From assembly GCA_977030845.1 (NCBI GenBank), contig OZ365110.1, forward strand, positions 55,490,001 through 55,554,000: DNA of 64,000 nucleotides, in the 5' to 3' direction. The position numbers and the translations under genes were made by a program. Positions 14,166 through 26,320 of this stretch are shown here, piece by piece. Positions within the stretch are counted from its first letter, which is position 1, and each line of letters opens with the position of its first letter. This DNA comes from Fimbriosthenelais zetlandica (taxonomy: Eukaryota). Under the pieces are notes generated by a model. The model ran no database searches and was not told where the DNA came from. It worked only from the letters and a program-made list of their open reading frames with translations.

Positions 14166-14504
14166 GGCTGTTCTCGTTGGCCCAGTGGTCAAGGGCGCTG
14201 GTAGTCTGATGTAAGTTTTAACAGACTCGTGGGTTCGAATCCCCACAACAGCCATGGTAGTGGTCCCGTCTGTAAGTTTCAAGTGAAAGACTGGTGAAGT
14301 CTCCCACGTTCTGATCATAGCTTGATTTGCGTGGGCCCGCGTTCAATCCGTAAAGGTGGAACACTTGCACTGATCATATGTGTGTACGGCCATGGAGCAA
14401 TTCGCCACAGTGATCAGTTGGTTATCAAGTGTGTAGCCTTGCCAGGGTTGATATGCCAGGGTGAATGGATCCGGTTGACTAAGACTAACTCACCAAAAAA
14501 AAAA
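14166..14504 (+). mobile_element. tRNA-derived SINE (Pol III head plus body and A-tail)
   Basis: Head 14166-14254 has a 7-bp GGCTGTT/AACAGCC stem, A box TGGCCCAGTGG (14178-14188) and B box GGTTCGAATCC (14232-14242). Spacing is non-canonical for a tRNA. About 240 bp of CpG-containing body follows, ending in an A run at about 14495-14504. Confidence 0.6.
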
Positions 14505-17500
14505 TTTATTTATATTTTAAACTTAAATTTTGTTTGGAGGGTGTAAGATGACAGATGGGAAATAGTGGTAGAAATATTTAATAACGCTACGAATAGGGTG
14601 ATGGGTATTGGAAATTACTGAGGTGAGTGTGTGTGTGGTGGGGGCAGGTATGTAGGTATGGAAATATTTTTATGAAACATGCCCCAAACACAGAAAGAGA
14701 TATGGTGATGGTGCAAGTGATAGTTGTAGTTAAAATGTCCCCAAAAGGGTGACAGATAATATTCTGAAATATTTTATGAAAATTGCCCCAAATAAGAGTA
14801 TGCGAGAAATTAGTAAATTATTGAAAATATTTTATGAAACAAACCCCAATTAGAAAGGAGATGATGAGGTTCGGAGGGGATGAGACACAGGGTTAGGGAC
14901 AGAGGGGAGAGATGGCTGGAGGAAAGGGAAATGGTGTGCTCGGGAGAATATAAGAGACAGTGGAGAACATGGGGGATGGGAGAGATGGTATAGGAGAAGG
15001 TATAAGGGAGGGTGAGGGTGGTATAGTGAATGGGACAGTGGCTAAGTAAGACAGGGTGACTGGGAGAACTCAGAGAAGGGCATGAGAGAATTCAAAGAGG
15101 AGATTATTATAGGAATGATTGGAAGCAGGAGGAAAAGGATGGAGATGGTGAGTCCCCTGTTAGAAATTTTACATAGTGATGGAAATGAAATGTGTTTAAT
15201 TGTAGCACATGCTTGTACTTGCCCAAGCACTAAAACTAATGTAGTGATCGATGATGAAGTTTGCTAGCCTCCATCCAACAATATGTCACCCGTTTTCATT
15301 AAATGAGTTTAAAGTCGTAAAGGTGAGATATAAGTGGCTTGTACACAGTGCTTTCAGGCCAATAGCATCGAATGGCCCTGTGCGACTTTAGACTCGCTTA
15401 CAGAAAACACCTCAAAAATGCAAGAAGCAAAGGAGCTGATTTGGCTGGACGGACCTCCCCTCGCTGACCAACCGTCAAAAGCCTTGCGAATTTTGCCTGT
15501 TTTGTAACGAGAAAGGTATCAAACACCTACCGACTGTAAAGCTAGGGACCTAGGGTAAGGCTAGCCAAAAGGCGGTCTCAAGGTTCTTGCAAGGGAGAGA
15601 CCTGGGATCTGGTAGACTATAGTTCTTCCAGAACGAGAAGTTAACTTCTCATTCTGGAAGTAATAATTGTAATCATTTACATTTTCCACGCTATATGTAC
15701 ACAGATCTAGGTTACATGTCGTTGGCTCAGTGGAATTTAGTTGGCCAAATATAATTTAAATTTTTAAAAAGGACAAAAAAACTTCAACGCAACAGTAATT
15801 GACCCTGACTCCTAAAAAACAATACATGTGTAGCCATTGTATAAAATCAAGCTTTAAACTTCAAAGCCAATTTTAGGAAAAAAGCTCATGAAAAAAGTGT
15901 TGGCTCAATGTATTACATAAAATAATAGACCTTATTATTAGCATCAATATAATGTAAGAGCTGTGAGATTATGCATGTTACAGTAAGGATTATGTGTGTA
16001 ACACTAATCCAGGGTAACCCACACATGTTTCACTGATTAGCGGGTGAGGATTATGGGGGTTGGGGGTAGGGGGATTACATGGCAGATCTATACACATATT
16101 TCATGATGTCCATGGTGTGATTTAAAGAGCTGACTGCCTCATCATGGGTGGTCTGTAAGTAGGGATCAGTGGATAATCCTCCTGGCTGATGGACTTAATA
16201 GTAATCCATGGCTGGTAGACTTTGATGTGTAGATGAGTGGTGTGAAATATGACAGCAATGGTGCTACCAGTGGCAAATCCGGAGGGGGTTGTTGAGGGCT
16301 GTAAACCCCTTTTATTTTTTTTCTCCAAAAGCTACCAAATTCGAAACGGTAAGGGAGGACGGGGGCTGCTGGAGAGAAAAGAAAGAAGAGAGAGAGAAAG
16401 AGAGAGAGAACGAGTGGGAGAGAGATAGAGCTAGAGAGAGAGAGAGAGAGAGTTAGGGAGAGAAGGGGGTGGGGGGCATGGGGGCAAACACCCACTATTG
16501 GGTGCCAAGCCAGGGTCTGCCCCTGGGTGCCTTGTGGCTGAGGGCACATACACATGGTAGGGGTGGGGTGAGCATTATGTATCTGTTCATTGTTCATCTA
16601 TTGATTCTATGAACACTCGCCCAATATCTGTGTCTGTCAATGGAAATATTACTACTCTTGTCAAGATATTATAATAAATACTTTAGTTATATTACCTCAA
16701 GCTATATACCTATACAATGGTGAAGAGAGGTATTCAAAGTCCAGCTTTTGCCAAATCCATCAATTTTTCAAATAGTATCTTGAGATGGCCATATAATTTA
16801 AAAAATAACAAAAGTGTTATTTTTGAGGTTGAAGACAGGTCAATAACCTGTAGCTGAATGCCAGCCATTCCCCACAGATGTTGTTCTGTCTGTTTCTGTT
16901 CATCTTCAATTTGAAACAATGAACTGATAAAATATAGGTCATGGTCCACATCCCAAAAACCTACCCAAATGCCTTCATCAATGTACGCCACAATTGCAGG
17001 ACAAATATGTAACTAGAACCATTTCAGTAGAAACCACAACCAGTGTGGTTTAGGCGTCATTTATGACAGTGTCCTCTGTATATAGATTATAAGCGTCAGG
17101 TCGAGTATAAGCGTCAGGTAGTTGTATTTTGACCTGAAGGTGAATCCCCTCACCTTGGGAAGTGGCGCCTGAGGGTGACCCCTCCCCCTCACCATGGTCC
17201 ATACCACCCCCGGCTAAATGACCAGATATCCCGCCTAAAGCACTGCCCAAACCCACCAAATTACCGCCCTGATTTATAACGATTCACATCGGTATGTCCA
17301 TGCCGCCACTTTCTTTTTGACGCCTTCCCTTGATCTGAGTGATGTTTTTATTGCTCCCCTTGTCTTGCGGAGATCCACAAGGCAGTTTATACCTGGTGAG
17401 ACAGGGCTAGATGATATAGGACAGGCGTCAGGTTCCTGTCTGTAAGATTAGATACTGGTCTCAACAACACTGAACCCCACACGCTTTATAACCCAGAGGT

Positions 17501-17880
17501 GATACTGAGTCTATATACCACCCACCAGTGGGAAGGATTTCATTCCTAATCGGGGGAAGTGTGGGTGGGAGTTGGATAATATAGGGGAAGAGGGGGATGG
17601 GAAAGCCACTTAATGAAGGCCTATTTCCAGTATAGGGAATTTTCCCACAGTAAATAGGGCTTTAACCAATACTAGATTAATTGACCATAATCTATGCAAT
17701 TAAGCCAAAATTATATTGGTTCCTCACATAATTTCTGGTTTGAAATTGAGCTAAGGAAAATCAGAATTTAATTACTTTTCTTGACCTGTTCAAGAATGAC
17801 TTTCCATTTAAATTTAAGACAGATTCATGATATTTCATGAGAGTGGAGACACTGTAATATGTAGAAAATAAGGTACTTAC

Positions 17881-18022
17881 TTTGCAGATAAGATCATATT
17901 CTTGCGGGAAGGTTGCTCTGTGGGATCACTATGTTGTCTCGCGATGTACTCGGCTGTCTGTCGAGCAGGGAATTCTGTCTCACACAGGTAACCAAAATCA
18001 CGAGCTAACCGTACTGCCTCAC
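17881..18022 (-). CDS. TFAP2: AP-2 exon equivalent to vertebrate exon 6 (helix-span)
   Basis: (G)[46 protein letters not shown](K). Acceptor gtgttttaatcag|GT, donor GCAAA|gtaagt. Length 142 nt, phase 1 in and phase 2 out. Not in the ORF track. Confidence 0.96.
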
Positions 18023-19948
18023 CTGATTAAAACACAAAAATAATCATCATTACATTGACGAGCAAAAAAAACACAACAATGACAAGTTCATGAGCCATTT
18101 ACACCAATTAATTATTGTCCAATTACTGTTACTTTTCTTAATCCTTACACAAGCTCCTCCACCTACTAAATGATAGATTTTATAATAAAAAAAATCGATT
18201 TTTGCAGTGGAAAATGACATTTTAAAGGTGAAAAAACGCTCATAAAATGTGCTTTTTCATTGAATAACCGCACACTACAAACATCGTCACTTCTGTTACT
18301 CCAGGTTATCAAGTTTTATTTTCATCAATCCACAGTTTTTTACTCATTTTTTGAAGGGGTCCGGGACGCCATGTTGAGTGGCTGTCAGACGTCACATGAT
18401 CTAACAGTCGGGGGGTGTGCTGAACGTGAGGCGAGGTGTGAATCACACTCGTCAACCGCGGCGACGGTGGCGTCACTCAGTGACAGGTGAGCGCACCACC
18501 AGGCGGACTAATGAGGTAAATGATGAGCGCGTAGTAACAGTCAGACCGAGGCCCTGTAAATGAGTCTCTCTGAGCAGTCCCCGGCCCACCAATACCTGAG
18601 ACGAGGCACGATTAGAGCCCCCGGCGACTCCTTATGACAGCCTGCTGGAGTAAGCCAACTCACACAGGCACAGTCACTGGATTAGGTAAACTCGGGGGGG
18701 TGGGGGGGGGGGGGGGGGGGCTGCGGGTTGGATCAAATATAGGCAGGAGTGGTACCAATGATACCAATGCTTAACATGGATCGAGCTCTTTAATCCACTG
18801 CAGTTGGAATGAACATGTAATCTTTAAATTAGTAAAGATATCTTTAATTATTTAACGAATGGAGAGAGGGAGGGGGGATTATGCATGTTATGCCTGATGC
18901 CAAGAACTAGGCTACATTGGTAGCTTGAGGGAAATCTGAGGATGTCTATAGGTAGGTTAGCCTATTAGGTTAATGAGCTATCATGACCAGAGTAAGTGGG
19001 AGTGACGAGAGTAAGTGGGAGTGACGGGAGGGCCCTCGTGGACTCATGCGAGCCCGTAACGATCCAGCTCTGTGATTCACATTGGCATAACAATGTACTG
19101 ATCAAAATCAACACTTGTCTTAACGTAGGCTCTACTTCACGTCCAAATCTCCCACCTGTTGCCTCCCCTAGTTGTCTCCCTTCCCCCTCCTCTCTCTCTT
19201 TCTCAACTCTCGCAGTCTCTCTCCCTATGACTTACAAGGCACAGCTATAGGCTAAAGCATATCTTTCCCCACCCCTGTCTACATATCTCTCACTCTTCCT
19301 ATAGCCCTGCCCTATCTTCCTCTCTGTCCCTCCCTGCCTCTCCCTCTTCCCCCTGTCTCTCCCTCCCTGTCTCTCTAAGTCTCTCAGAATCTAGGACCGT
19401 CCTCCACTCTCCCTCTCTGTCTGTCAGAGTCTGTTTGTCTCTCTGAGTCTCTCAGAATCTAGGACCATGTCGCACGTTGGCGTCTGCGGCTGGCATGACG
19501 ACAGATCGCCCGGCAGGTAAGAAGACCAAGGTGAGAGACAGTATTGTTTTCTGTGCGCGCGTCTCGTGTGACGTAGTGACCGGCCGCGCCTGGAGGGGGC
19601 GACACTAGCACGTCATGGACGTGTTATCTTTTGTTTGCCGTGCCAGCGCCACCACGCTGTCATTACCGGTACTTCATTATTTACCGCTCCTAAAGCCCTG
19701 AAGACATACTACGCACTGTCTCCTGATAGCCGACCAGGCTTCGTTATCACTACCTACAAGCCCCGGGTGATAGCAATTATGCAAACTCCAGAGTCAGGTC
19801 AAGAGATCATCTTTACACGCTGACATTTAATTTCCACTCGCTAATAAGTTAAACCATGCCATCGTGCATGTCACTTCACCTCCAGTCTCCTACACCTTCA
19901 TGCTATGAAAATTCCCACTTAAAATTGAAGCTGAATTTAGCAACATCT

Positions 19949-20009
19949 GGGGCCTGTTTCAGAACAGCCATGATAAGTATATGGGAAATTTCTGCGCCGA
20001 AACAGGCCC
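19949..20009. mobile_element. MITE family A copy
   Basis: ggggcctgtttcagaacagcca...aagtatatgggaaattt...gaaacaggccc. Confidence 0.7.
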
Positions 20010-21634
20010 TAGCAGTATTCCCTAAGTGTTGGATATATACATTTGCAAGAGAATAAGTCCATAAAATCTAAGATATCCAACATATCTGCTCGTCTATTCC
20101 CAAGGGATATTATCAAAAAAATCTAAGATATAGAGCATCGGTCTATATCATAAAATATTATTTTGGTATGGCATTTAGGCGAGACGCATCCCCTGAGTAA
20201 AAAATTCACCAGGGGGCGGCATGGACAGATGCTGGGGGGAGATGGAGATATGAGGAGGTTTGGGAGGTCGCGCTAGTGTAAACAAGGCCCGATAGGGGGC
20301 ACGGTGAGGGGATGTCGTCGCAACAATCGGCAGGCGTCGCCAGCGTTTCAAGTTGGCCGGATCAAAGACATAGTTGGGGTGCCAAGTGACCGACGTCAGG
20401 AGAGAGAGGTGGCGGCTGCCTTACAACCGCGGGCGGGCTGACACCCGAGAGGATCAGCTATTTAGATTTAACACATCCCTATACCCACTCTCATATCTCT
20501 CCCTCTCTCCTCCTTCTCTCTCCCTCCCCCTTCTATCTCCCTCTCAACTCAGCTCCCGTTATGAACTACAAGCATAACACATTTCACCCGAGCATCTTGA
20601 ATGTTTTTGCATCCTTGCTAAAAGTTTCCTGAAGTCAACCTAAAGTCGGTTGGATCATCGGATGATTCAAGCAATATCTGATGCGATTTTACATCTCATG
20701 TCCAAACGATTCTGCCCATATATGAGGAGCAATTTCTTATCCATATATTATGTACTGAATCGGAGGTATATAACATATTTTTACAATTTATAGTAAAAAT
20801 ATGGAGGTGTCTGATGCTATTATAGGAGACACTGAGTCATCATCTTTCATAGAAAGTTTAGACAAGAAAGTATGTAAGACATTCCAGCAATAAGTCAGTC
20901 ATGTCATGGAGAGTGTCAGAATGCATGTAGACGCTCCATGTGGCAGTCTTCTCACTTCACCATGTGTGGCGTAGACTTTAATGAGAACATGGGGCCAGGT
21001 TTTGTTTGGTTTCAGATCAATGATCAGAGAGAGTAGAGAGGGACATTAGAACCAAGACGTCTCCAATTAACGGTACCACAGTGGACGCTGGCACCGAGTG
21101 TTGTGCACACAGAGTGCCACTTATATAAGCCCAGGCAGGGAGTGCTATATTTTAAATATGATCCGTGTATTGGATACGTCCCCGCTGGATTCCATGTACA
21201 GCCTCTGTTTTTGATATAGCAGCACAGTATGGACTGCTGCTCTGTTTTCAAGTCGAATTTCGAATCGACTTGATCAAAAAGTCCTTTAAGAATATCAAAA
21301 AGAGACAGGGGTCTTAATTTCAAAGTAAACAATTGAGTAGAGTCGTTCATAAGCATATGTTTCAAACTCCTTGTTTTGAAACTAATAAAATAAAATGTTT
21401 CGAAGGCTGATTAAGGGCTTGGAAATACAGCAAGACTGAATGAGGACATTTCCACAAAACAAGGATTCAAACTTGCACTCCTTCACTCATAAGTTAAAGC
21501 CCAGATGTTCTGTTGAAATGAAGCATTGACGGCCATCAACCCACACAGGGAAGCTAGTTTACCAAGCCCATCTCCCCACATCTGGTACTTTTGTTCAGGG
21601 CAATAACTAGGAGGTCTGAGCCCATAGAAAACTT

Positions 21635-21692
21635 GTGATTTATAAAGTTTGGTGTGGGCGCGGGTGATTTATAAAGTTTGGTGTGGGCGCGG
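21635..21692. repeat. Perfect 29-bp tandem duplication
   Basis: gtgatttataaagtttggtgtgggcgcgg x2. Confidence 0.9.
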
Positions 21693-21815
21693 GTAGCGTT
21701 GACGTCTGGTTGACGTGCAGGTGACGTCCGAGTGACGTATCCCGCTGACTGAGCAGACGATTTAGCCGACGTCACACAGAGCGTCGCTGGAGTAAATGAC
21801 ATAGGAACGTCAGGC
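21635..21815. promoter_or_regulatory. Candidate intronic enhancer: 2x TGATTTAT plus phased TGACGT array
   Basis: TGACGT at 21700, 21711, 21722 and 21733, with two more on the minus strand (about 21769 and 21807), next to a duplicated TGATTTATAAA. Motif content only; no functional data. Confidence 0.45.
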
Positions 21816-23879
21816 CCCATACCATGTAAGTGTGGTGCACCGTATCCGGGAGAAAATAGCAAAATAAATGGACTGAAATATAATTACAGACTCCTCACTA
21901 AACCACCCCTCTGATACTGTATATCCTTATAAAGCAGTGGCGTGGAAAGACGCCCGGATCGGGGGGAAAGGTTGGTAACTTACACCATCCTTTATAACCC
22001 GGCTATTTCCAGTCGTTCGCTGTCATTCACTAATTCACACTGGCGGATATTGTAGGCTAGAGGGTCTATAATTGTAAGACCAGAAGCATGCTATATATTA
22101 GGTGCTGGGGGCTAAATTTACGCAACGACCTTTGGCCACTATATACCGTAGCATTGTTCAGCGAGTAGTACTAGGGATAAGACCCTTGTCTCTGGCATCC
22201 ACCACTAGCTGTCGGTTCTAATCCGAAAAAAATGTTAAAATTGCTTCAAACATTAATATCTAGTCATCTTTTGACTATAATTCCTTATGAGATATGCTCT
22301 AAAGTGGTTGAATTTACACTAATTCCACTTCAGGAGTAAACTGCTCATCGGACTAAAACGGAAAAAATCCCATGTAACTTAACCTCCAATCACAGGAGCC
22401 CCGAAGGCAATTATCAGCCATGGATGGGTCCGGGACGATTTATTTGTCCTGACAATTGCCAATCCATTCACCTCAATAATTATAGCCATTAAAAGCCTCG
22501 GGAAACACAAGCCATATGCCCGCCACGGACAAACAAGTGGGAATTAAAGGCCTTCATTTTACTCACAAAAGGACCACGCCAGGTCCAATCTATCGTGAAA
22601 GTTTGACATCCATTAGACAAACAAACGATGGTGGGTGTGTTCATCTGTGAATGAACACAAGATGGTTGGTTCTTGATTTAGTTTGTGCTTCCGATTATCT
22701 CAGTTTTTGCATGTCTGAGATGGTAAGAAGAAGACCTTTCCGTGTATGGAGTCTGGGGAGCATGCCGCTAGCGCCACCACCCGCGCGACAGGTCAACTAG
22801 GGTCAGCAGGCGAGACATGTCGCTCCGATAACTCTTTAATAATTAAACTTTCCGCTTGGATGCGCTGGGAAATGATGCCTTTGTGGCTCGCGGGCGGGGA
22901 TCTGGCATGAGGAAATCCCAAACCAAACCAGCATCCTCTTGAAACAGGAGGAGAGGGCATTCCCAGTCTGATGAGGATGAGGATCGAAGGGCACTGTAGA
23001 CTAGCCTATAGCTCATAGAGAATCCAATTGTAGGGTTCAATATACAACGGCTGTTTTCTATCGATTTGACAGCAGAAGCAATTCAATGGTCAACCGAATC
23101 GGTTCAGCAGAGCTATTTAGGATTGAGAAATTGAAGTGAAATCAATCGTGATTTCTTCCTTTACCCATTCATTTTGGAAAATATATATAAAAAAATAAAC
23201 TAAAGACCTGAACAAGTCCAAGAGCTTTGTTGTCATTCAACACCCCGACAACTGCTATCTCCCATATAGCTACTATACCTCACCGATCCAGTGTCTGCCA
23301 GGCCAGCACGGTCCAGTAGTTTTAATCTATCGCCTGGTAAATGGTTGCACTTCTGTGGTCAATCTTTTAAAAGCAGCCTGACACCTCGGTACATTCCATG
23401 CAATGTTTAGGGGTAAGGGAATCCTTCTCGAGCATCTTTCATCATTTAATTGGCGTGGGCCGGGTACTGGTTGACTCGGGTGTCGCGCTGGGTAGAGTGC
23501 AGGGCTGGCTATTCTAGTGATAGGAGGTGATAGTAATAACAAGGCGAGCGTGCTTATCCATTGATGTGTGTTGTTTTGAGGACCTCAACATGCCCCCCTG
23601 ACCAACGTCCTCCACATCTCACTGACCACTAGCCACATGGATCCAAATCTAAGCCATATGTCTCATGACCATGCCCAGACTCGCTGGCTTCTCTCACACC
23701 AAACTTATTGCTTTCTGATAGCCAGTGGGAGACTTGCTCAAGACTTGAGTGCATTTTCAAAGAGTTGCTCTAACTACAATTTGTTCCACCAGAGAGACTA
23801 CACTCTGGTTCTACCAACGAGGGCTTAATTCTATGCTTGTTGATGCCACTGAATATAGTTATGTTATGTATATAGATTA

Positions 23880-23957
23880 GGGCATGTTTCATAAAAATGT
23901 AGCAAAACTTCGAGCATTTATCTTATAACGTACTTGATAGTTTATGAAACTTGGCCC
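23880..23957. mobile_element. MITE family A copy
   Basis: gggcatgtttcataaa...tttatgaaacttggccc. Confidence 0.6.
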
Positions 23958-25565
23958 TGGGATCCCATTGGAAGAAAGCTACATAGTCTACATAGACATT
24001 CCCAGATCAACATTTTTAAAACATATCCACCACTTGTGAGACAGAAGTCATGAATCTAGACCATAGCTCATATCTCTCTCACCACAGCCGATCGTAGAAA
24101 GCAATCCTCAAGCCAGTTAACCTGTCATCGGATGGTTTGTTAAATAAATAGAAGCCCGAGGCCCTATAAGACCTGCGGAGCGAGGGGAGAACAAATTGGT
24201 AGTTTGGGAATACGTTTTCCCTCCCCTGCTGTACAAGTGTCTACCCCCTATACATAGGGCTTAACCCCTCCAGCTTCTACCCATCTATAAGTTCTGTAAG
24301 CAGTCGGGAGGTGAGGTGAGGGAGGATGGATGGTATCTTGTGTTTAGGTAGGTATCCACCGGGAGGTCTGGTGTGACTCTCCCCCCTCCGGCATCGTGAT
24401 TCAGCCACCATTCAGAGCTTGTGTTCATCAGGGGGCTATACTCTAGTACGGACCTGATGTACCAGTGAGGCGCGAGTCACAATGCTTGCTATAAATGCCC
24501 CACAACAACACATAACTCTTTGTTGTGAACGATTTAACGCATTGTGAAGCAATATGGTGGCAAGGCCCGGAGCCAATTTACCCGGCTCAACTCCTGATTA
24601 CCCCTGAGGTTGAAAGTGGCTCCTCCTTCTCCTTTTTATATGGGATGAATGTATTGGCCAGATCTCTCGCCTGTTTACCTATACAGCTGGTGGATTGTAC
24701 CCGGGGGTGTGTTTTGTCCACGTGAAGGCCCACTCATTTGCCCAGTCACCTATCTATCCCCGGAGCCAAAAATGGCCGCTATCTCCCCCCACTCGCAAGC
24801 TTTTCCATTGTGGTGCCAGATACGATGGGTAAACATAGCAGACGAGTGGCAAGTCTGGTTAGAAATAGCCAGCATATAGGCTACAACTTGCCACATCCAG
24901 ATTTTTCCATGATTAATTGTAGTTCCAAGAGGATCCAAGGGAAGACATTTCTTGCCGCATTGTGCTCCAATACATTACAGGTTATTATAGAGCACCTTTT
25001 ATGAGTCATTTTTTTTTCAGTTAAAAAATAGTTAAATAAGTCCAACGGTCATGTAAAATACACAAATTTTCACTTACAAATGGGCAATAAACATACATGT
25101 AAATATAATCTAAATATCTGCTTCTACACAAGGAGAGCACAGAAGCAAGGAGAAGCAAATGATACACAGAAACATCGTCGTCAAGTGACCCAACAACACA
25201 GTGCCATCTTATTAATACCACCTTCAAGTATCCTTAACACAAAATGCACGGGGTTTACCAAAATATAGCCATAAAATTGGAGCAATCACAAAAAGGCAGG
25301 TTTCCAATCAAAAGGTATACAGGGAGGTTTGGATGGGGGCAAAAATTCATTTTCAGAGCAAAAATGAGAATCAAGGCCGGAAACATTGAGAGAAATGAAA
25401 AAATTGTATAAGCTTTTTGCGGCATGAGAACGAGCAGCAGCTAGATGTACGAAAGGCAGACCGGGCGGACGGCGGCAGGACAATATAGGACAGAACACCG
25501 ACAAGGCCAGCATGCAGCAATACCCGGCTAGCGTCTGCCTTGGCTGTTTGTGTCGTCTTGTCTAA

Positions 25566-25776
25566 AGCCGGGACTCCACTGCTGCGACAGTGCTTGCGAC
25601 ACTACTGCGACAAAGGTGATGCTTGTGAAGTTGTGTAAGAATAACATTTCTAAATTGTGATTCAAGTGTCTAACGCCTTAAGGCCGTCCTCCAATGGTAA
25701 ATTTATCATTGAAACACAAGCATCACCTTTGTCGCAGACGTGTCGCAAACAAAATCGCAGCAGTGGAGTCCCGGCT
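25566..25776. mobile_element. Non-autonomous PIF/Harbinger-type MITE (family B)
   Basis: About 62-bp imperfect terminal inverted repeats (agccgggactccactgctgcga...tcgcagcagtggagtcccggct; first 22 bp perfect), flanked on both sides by TAA (25563-25565 and 25777-25779). A TAA/TTA target duplication is typical of PIF/Harbinger/Tourist elements. Confidence 0.85.
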
Positions 25777-25786
25777 TAATACTCAC

Positions 25787-25905
25787 CTTCCACCAAAGCA
25801 GTTAACAGTGTGCAGGTCACTGCTTTGCGCCGTCCGGCCGGTAAATTTAGACCTATTTTGTCTAATCTTTCTCTCAGTACACGGCCGCCATTTTTGGATT
25901 TAGCT
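25787..25905 (-). CDS. TFAP2: AP-2 exon 5b (downstream copy of duplicated basic-region exon)
   Basis: (R)[39 protein letters not shown](G). Acceptor ctgcttttgtataattccag|A, donor GAAG|gtgagt. Length 119 nt with the same phases as 5a. Confidence 0.93.
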
Positions 25906-26059
25906 CTGGAATTATACAAAAGCAGGGAGAGGAGGATGTATTCTGTATCAATACAATAAGATTGGTCCTGTGTTGTTGCTCTTTTGGTCACTTTTCGAGT
26001 TTGTTGGGGGATGGGGAAGCATGTGCAGGACAGGAGAGTCCATCCTTCCAGTTGCGTCA

Positions 26060-26320
<261 letters not shown>

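Noticed and set aside
14166-14254. Functional tRNA gene
   Set aside because: There are five extra bases between the acceptor stem and the A box, no clean anticodon arm, and no T-run terminator at the 3' end. It continues into a SINE-like body and A-tail.
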